A program made the translations under genes and the position numbers. DNA of 63,262 bases, filler included, from Bigelowiella natans CCMP2755 (lineage: Eukaryota; Protista; Cercozoa), in the NCBI GenBank assembly GCA_000320545.1. It is 6 parts of 6 records of this genome, joined end to end, with 100 filler letters (N's around TTAATTAATTAA, not from the genome) between each part and the next. Parts side by side here need not be neighbours in the genome. Positions count along the whole stretch, not along the records: positions 1 to 27,921 come from ADNK01000952.1; positions 28,022 to 43,724 come from ADNK01000122.1; 4 more parts are not named here. One strand, written 5' to 3'. Under the pieces are notes generated by a model, which worked only from the letters and a program-made list of their open reading frames with translations, did no database searches and was not told the origin of the DNA. Below are positions 26,004-36,832 of the stretch, piece after piece (within the stretch, counting starts at the first letter, position 1; the number at the start of each line of letters is the position of its first letter).

Positions 26004-27921
26004 ATGCAGGATCGACGCCTAATGGCGCGGATGAAGCCGCAAGATTACATAAGGTGGAATAATAAAAATCGGTCATTTGACTTAGGTAATTTACATTGTC
26101 AACGGTACAAATGGCACTCAGGTATCTTTCGGAGCAGAGTCGACTGAAGAAAATACAAAAGGAAAGGGAGAAGGCTAACGAGGTGCAGGGGTTCAACACT
26201 TACTTCAGCGGAGCAAACGCCAACAAGCAGAATCTTCGGAAGCACAATACACTGCAGGAACGAAAAATCCGTAGGAAGCCCCAGCGCAGGGCGAAGGGTT
26301 GGGAGATTCCGAAGCCTGTGGAAGTGCCCATAACGCCACTCGTTCATAATCAAACAACTCGTCGTCAGCGAGAGCCCACAGTGATTAACATACCGTGGAA
26401 ACGAGCAGGTTGGGGAACGACTGTTGCGATGCATGATCAGACTACACCTCGGACTACAAGGATTTCCGCTGGAGGGGGTATTGTGCAGGCATATGACCAC
26501 CATCACGTGTTTCAGACTAGCAGCAACGGCGACTCCCGCTCATCGCAACATGCAACTCCTTCTTCGTCCAACCAACCCAAGGCTGCAACTTTGGGATCCA
26601 ACGAAGGGTTGATGATTGTTGGAACTGGGAGGAGACTGGGAGTGCCTGTTACAGTTGATCACGATGCACCCACCCCGATCCTCACAAGGAGGCGATTCAG
26701 AAGAGTGCTGGACCCCAATGCTTGTATGAGAATAAATTTTGTTATTCAACACTTTCATGTATGAGACACTCTATATCAGTAAATGCACAATATCTGGCTA
26801 TATATTAGACATTTAGAGAAGAAGAGCCATGAGCTTGTGCATGCTCTGGCATTCATCATGATTTGATCGAGTATACATGCAATGCCTGGACACCAGCTTT
26901 AGAAAATGTATGCTGATGGCTTTAAGCAATATATAAACATTTTCTTCCCTACAGACCCTTCCTCAGCTTCCAACAGGGAGGAGAGGAAGCCGATGCCAGA
27001 CAGGAACGAAGCTGAAGTTCGGACCCCTGAAAAAGTAGAGAGCGAAGAGAAAGAGGATCTGTGGTCGCCAGAGAGTGCGGATAGGCCCAATGGGGATGTG
27101 GACACTACTAGAGAGGAAACGAGTGAAAAGCTTTCAGGTCATTTCAGATCAAATCTGAAAATAATTTTGCTGCTGCATACGTCGGATGCATGTTGGATAA
27201 CCGAAATCAAATTACGGGTGAATCTAAATGGACTCAGAAAATGTGCGGATACGCGACACCCAACGTTCAGTCAACTCGCCAACTCATCCTTTGTGTGCAA
27301 TAAAGAAGGTGTAGCTCCAGGAGAAGGCACTTCACTAAACGATGCAACTCTAGTTGAAGCTGCGCCCGGAGATGGCACGTCACCGAACGATGTAACTGTG
27401 ATAAAAGCTGCGCCGGGAGAAGACACTTCATTGAACGATATCACTCCGATAAAACAAAGGGAAGACGAGCCAGTTTTGGCAGTCGATGACAATAAATCGC
27501 CTTCTGAAAGAGATGGCGAACATCGTGATATTCCTCGTTCCACAACTTCGGATGGCAAGCCACCATCACCTGCTGAGGAGACACCAGCAACAAGATTATT
27601 TCCGCCTTTGAACTCGTCCGAAACTGGAATGGCTTCAGTGCCAGCCCATGCACTCTCGGCTGAAGATGATACCAACGCGGAAGATAAGAAGCAGCCCGGG
27701 AATGATGATGGGGAAAAGAAGGACAACTCTATAGACCCGATCCGAGTGAGTAGTGCGTGATGTAGAAACATATATTCACTTGATTTGCACATCCCCCCCC
27801 CTTTCAGTTGTGTGTATATAAAACAATGTGTATGTTTGTGTGTGTGTGTGTGTGTGTGTGCGCGCACGTGTGTGTATGTGCCCGTTTTGTATATTCTCAC
27901 GAAGTAATACTCATTTTATTC
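26004..27921 (+). CDS. 5' part of a KATNIP (KIAA0556)-like protein, truncated by gap
   Basis: Spliced start MQDRRLMARMKPQDYIR|YLSEQSRLKKIQ...VQGFNTYFSGAN resembles the KATNIP N-terminal motif (YL..LQQRNRILK...EQGFSVYVNGAN). The rest is disordered and includes three 16-aa repeats at ~27314-27453. Confidence 0.5.
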
Positions 27922-28021
27922 NNNNNNNNNNNNNNNNNNNNNNNNNNNNNNNNNNNNNNNNNNNNTTAATTAATTAANNNNNNNNNNNNNNNNNNNNNNN
28001 NNNNNNNNNNNNNNNNNNNNN
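27922..28021. other. Assembly gap with TTAATTAATTAA linker (same at 43725-43824, 57493-57592, 59098-59197, 60945-61044)
   Basis: 100-nt N blocks, each with an identical central stop-codon spacer. Confidence 0.97.
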
Positions 28022-29522
28022 GTGTAGTCGAGACCGGGTCGGACCGCCGTACTTCTCCCCTACAGTAACGGCCAAAAATTCAGCTAATTAGGCACCACCA
28101 CCAATATGTTAATGGTGAATAGGCTGAAGGGAGGGGGGGGGGAGGGGGGGGAGGGGAGCTGCTTCGGATTTGGTACGGGAGGTTAATGGCGATAAAACCT
28201 AAATTTGACTGGCGCGGGTACTCCTGTAAGCCATTCGAGGAGTCGTGCAAACGCGCGGGAGTGAAACAGAGTTGTGCGGATATCGTCGAGAGCAGCTCCA
28301 AGCTGCTGTCTGGGGTCTGCATCTCTCCCATCGCTGTGATCATGGCCCTTCACTTCGGACTTGCCACCTTGGCTTCCTCTTTCTCCCTTTCCTCCCTTCG
28401 ATGATGATGATGATGATTACGATGGTGATGATGGTGATGATGGTGATGATGGTGATGATGATGGGCTTACTTTGCTAATTCCACTGCTCGCTTCGTATCG
28501 TAAGTAGCGCTGCTTGAAAGCCTGTTATTGAAATATATACAGAGAGAACGAATAAGAAGAAGAGGGAGGGGGGGTGGGGGGGGGACTGCCTCATCTCCCT
28601 ATTTGAGCATCCATACTGCCCTTGTTCTATCCATACCGGGCCAATTTGCTTCCATTCTTCAGTGATGCCGGATCGGTAGTCAGGAGGTAGCTTGCAAGAT
28701 GACGAAGATCTCCCAAGCATATCCTTCTCATCGCACACCAGTAGCAGCTTAGAAAGCCTGGGGGGGGGGGGGAGGGAGGCGGAGGAGAAGTGAGAAGAGG
28801 GAGGAGGGAAGAGGGAAGAGGGAAGAGAGAGGGCAGAACTTTCAAAACTACAATGATGAGATCTAAAAATTTATAGTATTCCTTCTTCGGGATTGATGAC
28901 CACCGGTAGAGTAAAATTATTCATATATGTCGTTGGCGTGGAAGAAGAAGAAAGAGAAGAAAAAGAAGAGCTTTTTAATTGGATTTGTATACACTTGATG
29001 ATACTGTGAAATGTAAATTTGCACGATACACACAATGATATGTGAAACGTAATATATTAGCCATAATCTATTTCATTCTCATCCCCTCTCCCCTCCTCCA
29101 GTCGACATTCCCACAATTTCCCGTTATTGCACGCCGTAATTTCATCATCCTATGATCTCTCATTGATTCTTCTTCTCATTGCTATGACCCTTCTATCAGA
29201 TCTTCGTTCAGAAATTCTCTGAGAAAAAAATTGTAAAGATGATGATATGATGCTGGGGAGGAGGGGGGTGGGGAAGGAGGGAGTGCGTGCGTGCGTGCGT
29301 GTGTCTATGCGTATGTATGTTTGTGTGTGTGTTAGACATAATTGATAGGAGGCAAGTAAAGAAAGATCATCTAACAGGACGGCCTCCAAACTGCTCTGTT
29401 TGGCCACAAGCACACATTCTGTAAATGTAGGATTCGTTGTTTCTAATGTTTCTTTCAGACACCCCAGCAACACGTCTCCAGTTTCCGAAAATTCCTGAGC
29501 AATGAGAGATGACGGGCAGAGC

Positions 29523-29565
<43 letters not shown>

Positions 29566-29724
29566 ACACATATTATGTGCATGCAAATGATAGCGCAGCC
29601 TATTGTCCCCTCTTCTCGTCCCCTCTCCCCCTATTTTTCTTCTTTTTCTTTTCTCTTCCTCCCCCTTCCCCCCCCTCTTCCTCTTACTCTGGTTAAATAT
29701 ATGTTTTGGATCTCAATCGAACCC

Positions 29725-29756
<32 letters not shown>

Positions 29757-30683
29757 CCACCATCCCACACCCACTTGTTGGATGGCCTGAAGGACGGGAA
29801 CTTGAGTATACATCCTTCCCACAATCATCCACAAAACAAACGCCAATACCAGAATTAGAACACATGTAAGCGGGGGAGGGGGGGGGGGCGGGGGAAGAGA
29901 GAAGCAGACTGAGCGAGACTTGAAGGAATAACATAAGCAAGCCGTCCACGACAAGAACACAACCTCGATATGTAGTGACGCAGAAGTGCCAAGTCGGATC
30001 TTACCTGCCAATGTGATATATGTATGTGGGTGAGTGTGATTTGGCCTTTACTACTACTGTTATTTCCGCTCCTCCTCCTCCTCCTCCTCCTCCTCCTCCT
30101 CCTCATAATCATCATCATCATCATCATTATCACCATCATTGCAGATTTTGCTGTTTCATATGGAGCAACGATATTACCGATTTCGGCTGCTGATACTCTG
30201 AAAGATCAAGTTCCATCAAACCCAAGTCGCTTGGCAAGCCTGTTCCAGGAGGGGGGGGGGGAGGGGGATTATTTTGGTCGTGATGATGCGGGGGAAATCC
30301 ACTCTATTATACATATATGTGATGGTACTGCAATACATGAATACCAGATGCATGGTCAAAATGCAAAGGGACGATGGAATATTGAAATGGAATGGAATTC
30401 CGAAATTCAAGCGAAAATATCGACGAGTTGTCGGCGAGAGACTACCATGAACAAACACATTCATGTATTCAAGATCATGACAATTTTTCGAAATGCACCA
30501 TCTCATCTTTTTTTAATCGCCCGTTATTTGATATATCTACCACCTCCTTCCTCCTCCTCCTCATCATCATAACTAGTAGCAGCTACATTCCCCTCGCACT
30601 ACACACTGAATAGTAACCTAATGACGGTAACTGTAGAAGTCGTAGGGACGCTTGCGTGTTCCATCCTTCAGCCTTCAGAAAGG

Positions 30684-30720
<37 letters not shown>

Positions 30721-30766
30721 GCCAACGCAATTACTCACATTATCATAAACACAACAACCATACTTA

Positions 30767-30817
<51 letters not shown>

Positions 30818-30995
30818 CTTTGTCGTCGGTTATACCTTCTGAGGAGCATGAAACCATCCTTGGATGCTTAATCGTCTGTGATCTTTGGAGAATACCTGTG
30901 ATTGTCGTGTTTCGCTCATGTGCCGGCGGCGCCGCCGCCGCAGCAGCAGCCATGCTAATTCACTAAAGACGTCGAGAGCATATAAATAAATAAAG

Positions 30996-31030
<35 letters not shown>

Positions 31031-33067
31031 ACTACCTCTTGCACTGCGTGATAGGTGGAACCTGGAACCACCTGGCGGAATGATGGTCATGGATGATGAT
31101 TGATTCGAATTACTTCAACGGATCGTGTGCATGTGCGTGTGCGTGTGCTCGGGGAAAACGATAGCATCACCCAAAAAACATAACATAAAATGCAATGCAA
31201 TGTAGTATATTGTATATTCGTGGAGGTCTCTCCAAGCGGTGCTGTGGGCAAGAAATCATAGTCGTTTCTCTCGATTCTTGAGTTTTGGTATCCGATAATT
31301 TAAGATCAGAGTAGCACTGTCCTTCGTTATACGATGTGCCATCATCACTCAAGAATCATAATCAGCCTACCTATCTGTTCTCTTCCTCTAAAAACATACT
31401 ACCAAAAATACTCCTACTACCACTCCTGCTACTAGTTGAAGTATTGCAATTTGCCAAAGAAAGGTACTACCTGAAACACTACGATGCTGTTGTATTCCGG
31501 CATTAACACCTAATAATTAAATATATATATATATATATCATATCATATCATATCATATAAGCTTTTACATTACGATCTGTATATACTCGTACTTCACGAC
31601 GACGAAGAGGAGGATGAGGAGGAGGAAGAGGTGGAGCAACGTGTGGGAACTTGCCCTCTCTCTTTCAATGACACCGCAGCACAACCCATCCTCCCACCCT
31701 TGATACCTTCTCTGGATATGGCCCAGGAAACTTGAACGTAGACGAAGGAAGGATTTGTGATGGCGACGATGACGATGATGCCTCTAGCTTGGACTGTACA
31801 TTTTCTCTCTTTTTCTTGTGTAGATCCTTCTTCATATCCACGGCAAACAACTCCAGCCCCCCCCCGAATTCCGGACTCCATGTCCCGCTGGTGTCCCCTC
31901 CCTTTGACGGCGAGGAGGAGGAAGAGACCGTCGTAGCTGAGGGGTCGGCATCATGCGATTGGCGATCGGAGAGATAGATAATGTACGATAACTTTCTAGT
32001 TGAAATTGCGTCGTCGTGGCAGAGCAGGTGACAACCCTAGCGTAGTAGCAACGGCAGGGGATGGGGGCGGAGGATCACGATCAAATCGGTCGAATGCCAT
32101 CATCCGCCGTCATTATAATCGTCATCACATTCATATTGACAGCATATTGTTTATGAACCTTGGAGTACACGTTAAACGCACAGTCAACGCGATCTGTTAG
32201 TTCGCCGCACCCCGTGACCTACATGGCGATATGGTGATTGGTTGGCTGCTTGGGTACTACTTACAACGACGATGGGGACTCGATTGAGTGATGATCGATC
32301 TGAAAACCCGCAACATGTATAATGTCTTCCAAAGAACCTTCTGCAGATAAGCGCGAAACTTCCTCGAGTACAGATGCGTTCGTAGTCTCATCAGGTGCTC
32401 CAGCTGTCGTGCCTGCGAGTAAGTAATTGAGGTGTCAACCAACGGGCGCCGCATCTCTACGTAAATACCATAACTGATCGTGCAGCAGCAGCAGCAGCGA
32501 GTACCTGATCTGAGGCAGGATGCACGTTTCCCAAATCAATGCTCTGGTAGATCTTGAACAAATCGGTCTCCCTGAATGTTTGGTTTAATGCCAGGCACTC
32601 GTTGCGGACCCGCTCTATGTCGTCCGCCTAGTAGCAGCAGCATCAGATTCGCCTCTATCATGCCCACCACCAGCAGCATTGATGGATTTAAGCGTGTTCG
32701 TATGGAAACTCACAGCAGCGCGGATTTCTCAGGTTGATTGTATGTCTCAGCATGCGTCTCTCATGGCACTGGCTCACCTTGCAGAAGTTGTGGATGTGAA
32801 TATGGGGGTAGGGCTGTGCATGCCTATATGACGTCCCGGCCTGGGAGAGAATGGAGAGTGACACCGTCAGCTCATTGCGCAAGTTGCGTTATTCAACGCT
32901 CAGAACAAACTAACTCCCACACCATTTTGGGCTAAGCTACGCCGCCATTCTCGTCGAAAATCAGGACATATGGTTTTATATCATCTAACCCCCCCCCAAC
33001 CCTGATTTGGTACAACCTTATCCACTTGTTCGCTCTCGAAGATGGCAGGGGAAATGGGAGACGCCAT
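28022..33067 (-). CDS. TPA1: TPA1/OGFOD1-family 2OG-Fe(II) prolyl hydroxylase (multi-exon, 3' end lost in gap)
   Basis: Exons: AQPYPHIHIHNFC, FRETDLFKIYQSIDLGN, LRTHLYSRKFR, VTGCGELTDRVDCAFNVYSK, GCHLLCHDDAISTRKLSYIIYL (HxD), FGGGLELF, VVPGSTYHAVQE (distal His), RLSIQGWFH, FARLLEWLTG and RPGLDYT. Confidence 0.88.
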
Positions 33068-33342
33068 CGTGGCTTTCAGTACTTGTAGGCGTTGGGGCAC
33101 GCTCTGCGGCAGGGCGGGATTATTCAAAAACAGCCTGCGTTTTCCACTAAATTATACGTCATCAAGTCCAGTAAATATTAGAAGAAACATGCTGTTGTCG
33201 CTCGAAGGAAATTGATGACATTTTCGCATAAATCTCGGGCAATCTGCCGTGCCCCCCAAATTCAAATTATTTGAAAAGGAGGCCCTCGGCACCACGGGGT
33301 AGGGAACCTGAAGACAAGCAAGACGAGCACCTCGACTCGCCG
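33068..33342. promoter_or_regulatory. Probable bidirectional promoter between TPA1 and the secreted-protein gene
   Basis: 275 bp between divergent ATGs. Confidence 0.4.
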
Positions 33343-34319
33343 ATGTGGCTTAGATCGCATGTAAGGCTTGCGACAACGTCGGTGATATATGCTGTGGTCG
33401 TCGCAGCGGTGCACGCTGAAAGCAGTAGTAGAAGTGGTAACTCAGCAGGGAATGTGAAGATATCAAAGCCCACTACGGTACTATTTTCACTATTCTTACT
33501 ATTATCATCATTGTTATTATTGTTAGTAATATTATTACTTGTAGTGGTAGCAGCAGCAGAGCAGCAGCAGCACCGCCAGCAGCAACAGAAGTAGAGCAAA
33601 TGCTAATGAGACGCAATAGAGCGAAATCATTCTTGTTTAACCGTAGGTCACGGGTGACATAAGGACAAGATCTCTGTACGCGAACTCAATTGCTACCACC
33701 GGAAACGTCGCCGTCAACGTAAGTCCATCACGGCGAGCGTGACGCAAGAATGGAATAGAAATTCGTGAACATTATGTCGTTTTGGTTGTGTAGGGGGAGG
33801 TCTCGGCAAAAGAACTCACAGCGCGACGCATTGTGACAGACAAATTGGAGGTGGGCTTTCACTCTACGATTTTATGCTACTCCACTCACATAATCGCCTT
33901 GGGAAATTGTATTCAGGCAAGCGTCATTAGCTCACCCACTGGGGTGGTGACAATCTCAGGAAACCTGGCACTGGGTAACGATATTTGAAGTTTTTCGTAC
34001 GAATTTTCATGCGCCTTCTCCGGTGTTTTATGTTATTGTACAAAGCTAAAAGATCGTGTGTGATACAGTTTCGAGCGCGTCCGCTTCTGCTTCGTCGTTT
34101 CTCGAACAAGCCTCTTTTGTGAAAACTAAAGGAGAAGGAGGAAAGGTTTGGACAGTAGTTGCGCATGATCACTTCGATTACGGAGCCGTAGAAGGATGGT
34201 CCGATACGCAAACATCTCACTGTGGAGGTCATATCGCATTTTCAGCTTTACATCAAACATACTGAAATCAATTACTCCGTACCATTATTAAATACAAACA
34301 TATAATACACACACACACA

Positions 34320-34364
<45 letters not shown>

Positions 34365-34975
34365 TGTTTGTGTGTGTGTGTGTATTTATTTTACTCAACT
34401 TACTCAATGTATAATATATATATTTATAGACAAGGACGGAGAGCCGTCGGCTTCTCTCTCAGTGGACAGATTTCTTGGTGGGCATTGTAATATTGCTACC
34501 GGGAACTTAACACGTCTGCTGGAAGGTCTTCCAGATCATAGGCACGTGAAAATATCAGCTTCGCTGCACCAGATCGACAAGTGGAACGGGGAGGTTTCCT
34601 TCGCCACCGTCGATGGGAAGAGAGTCTGGGCAACGACGTCGCAGCATCACAGTCCTGGGCAAGGTGATTTGAGTAAAAGAATGCGGAGGTTCTAGATGTA
34701 GATAGAAGCTGGAATCTACGGCAGCAAGTTCTTTGGCTAGTTTAGAATTGCTGCAGTCGTCTCTCTCCGTAATTAATATCCCTGATGTGCGATCGATAGG
34801 TATCGATATGTGTGGAGGAACACATTCAGAGTCGCAAATGGCCATTCCTGTCGAATTCACGGTGCCTCACACGAGATCGAGCATGACGATTACGTTCGGG
34901 TCGACCGGCAGGGTCAGTGATGACCCGTGCGAGAGGTCGTTTGGAGTTGACGACTTAGAAGTGAGGGTAAAGTAA
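33343..34975 (+). CDS. Putative secreted protein with a Cys-containing beta-rich domain (multi-exon)
   Basis: Signal-like start MWLRSHVRLATTSVIYAVVVAAVHAE. Later exons read FLGGHC..LPDHRHVKISASLHQIDKWNGE..VDGKRVW..IDMCGG..PHTRSSMTITFGST..DPCERSFGVDDLEVRVK*, a pattern I associate with protist surface proteins. Confidence 0.65.
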
Positions 34976-35645
34976 TCAGGTGGATTAAGTCATTTTCAAT
35001 GTATAGATAACAAGGTGATAGTACATGTCTTCTGGTAGCTTTAAGAATGTCACACTTGTTGCTCCTGCGATGTAGCCTGAAGTTCACACACGCGCACAGA
35101 TGTTCGCAAATTTGCGTTGCAATGAAAGAATAAGGATGGCCCTGCGCTGCGGTGCTGGTTTTGCGCATTGTCCATCGCATGAAATTGCATGGATGATGGA
35201 TCCATGCATTGTTGCATGCCGCCAGCATGCATGCACAGTCTAGCAGTGTGCACACGTGCATGGCTTTCGCGACACATGGCATGCACATGCGTGCACCTAG
35301 AAGTGCGATTGCGACATTGCGACGCTGTTGCGCTGTTTACACCGCCTTTCAGAGACCACGTGATGTGCATCACAAATGCAGTGATGTGTCACTCTTTGGA
35401 CTGTGTCTCCTCCACCAGTCCACCTCTGATCGAAGAGCACCCTGTGTTGCAGGGCAGGCGCAGTGGATTTTAGGTTCCGACATTAGTCCAAGAGAGGAAG
35501 GCCCACTTCGAGGTGAGCGGCCTCGACAGGACAACCGACGTTTTGTCAGTTTGTCGTCACACGTGTGCCAATTGACGTGTGCGTGCGTGTGCTTGTGTGT
35601 TTTTGTACATTTGCCCTCCACATGCTCATTTCCACGTGCACGTGT

Positions 35646-35971
35646 TGTAGCGCGTACCACTACGCGGGCACAAGTCACGTGCGACAACAAAGGGGTTGTC
35701 GCGGATATAGAATATAGATAACGTAGATATTAATACAGCATAGGCACGTGGGTTCCGGCGGGACTCATGGCAGCACACCGGAAGTGTGCTGCCCCACGTG
35801 CGGCGGCATTCGCGAAAGCTTCGCGAATGATTACGCAGTGCACGATTTAATAAAAATATAATCTTTAATAAAAATAAACACAACTCTTCAAAAGGAAGCA
35901 AACGTGCCTTTCCCCCCCCCTGCCTACTTGTGCACGTAGCGCCTCGGCCTGTGAACACCTTACGCGCAACA
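35646..35971 (+). repeat. 5' LTR
   Basis: TGTAGCGCGTA...TACGCGCAACA (10/11 terminal inverted repeat). Matches 41052-41377. Confidence 0.97.
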
Positions 35972-35976
35972 ACCTT

Positions 35977-35994
35977 TGGCTTCCACACACGGGA
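35977..35994 (+). promoter_or_regulatory. Primer-binding site (tRNA 3' end complement, possibly Glu or Asp type)
   Basis: TGGCTTCCACACACGGGA begins 5 nt after the LTR. Its complement ends ...TCCCGTGTGTGGAAGCCA. Confidence 0.7.
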
Positions 35995-36010
35995 AACGAT
36001 TTGACTAACA

Positions 36011-36832
36011 ATGTCACAGCAGCTAGAAGAACAGCAGGACTTTGGCTCGCAGGCCGTGCAAGGGCACGAGCAGAAACAGGAAAGGAAGGGCGATACGGAC
36101 GCTAAGGAAGGAGGAGGAACACCTCCACAGGCACCGCCGGGACCAGCACCCGGGATTAAGAAAGCAGATGCAGCAGCAGAGGCACTGGAGAACTTCTACG
36201 AGGCGGACGACGAGGACGTGGCCGCCGAAAGCAAGAAGGTCGTAATGGCATTACGAGCCTTGCGACCCAGGGCGAGCAACTACGCCAAACTGAAAGTATC
36301 GATAGAATACAAGTATCAGACACATGATGTTTGGGCAGCTATCATGCAGGACATCATGGATTACGAAGCAGACTTACCTCCAGAGTGGGCAGCTTTGTTT
36401 AGGAACGACGGGGGTCTGGGCGCCTCGCGGGGGACGACCCAGAGCACCGTCAAGCAGCAGCAGCCGGTACAGCGGAACACCCAGTTCATGTCTGTTAAAA
36501 CAGCACCGGTTATGATAACGAAATACAACGGGAAAAGAGGTGAGGCAAGGAGGTGGTGGAAGAACGCTAGGAGTATACTCTGCGACTTTACCCCTAACCC
36601 CACCGAAAACGACAAGCTCAAATGGCTAGCTATAATAAAGCAAGCCATGGACCTTTACGAGACAGGCAGGACCCGGATCAGGCAGCTAGAGAAAATACAC
36701 ACTACAGTTAGTGGGCTACGAGACGTTGAGGCGATAATGAAGGCTTTTGTAAATGAACAGGATGCTAACTCCCTACCCCAGGCTATTAGAAAATACAGAG
36801 CAATGATGCAGCATGAGAGAGCACCTGCATGA
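36011..36832 (+). CDS. gag: Gag N-terminal part, interrupted by a 16-bp duplication
   Basis: ORF starts right after the PBS. Contains capsid-like KYNGKRGEARRWWK. Ends inside the duplicated GCATGAGAGAG(C/A)ACCT. Confidence 0.85.
   Translation: MSQQLEEQQDFGSQAVQGHEQKQERKGDTDAKEGGGTPPQAPPGPAPGIKKADAAAEALENFYEADDEDVAAESKKVVMALRALRPRASNYAKLKVSIEYKYQTHDVWAAIMQDIMDYEADLPPEWAALFRNDGGLGASRGTTQSTVKQQQPVQRNTQFMSVKTAPVMITKYNGKRGEARRWWKNARSILCDFTPNPTENDKLKWLAIIKQAMDLYETGRTRIRQLEKIHTTVSGLRDVEAIMKAFVNEQDANSLPQAIRKYRAMMQHERAPA

Noticed and set aside
27922-28021. Recurrent TTAATTAATTAA motif flanked by Ns (five times)
   Set aside because: Artificial scaffold linker with stop codons, not biological.
35745-35802. 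Three-way-junction-like LTR structure with ATGAGTCC...GGAAC on the minus strand as a hammerhead ribozyme
   Set aside because: The conserved CUGAUGA and GAAA core is incomplete.
36813-36832. Programmed gag-pol frameshift
   Set aside because: The break lies inside the capsid region and is fully explained by a 16-bp duplication. No slippery heptamer seen.
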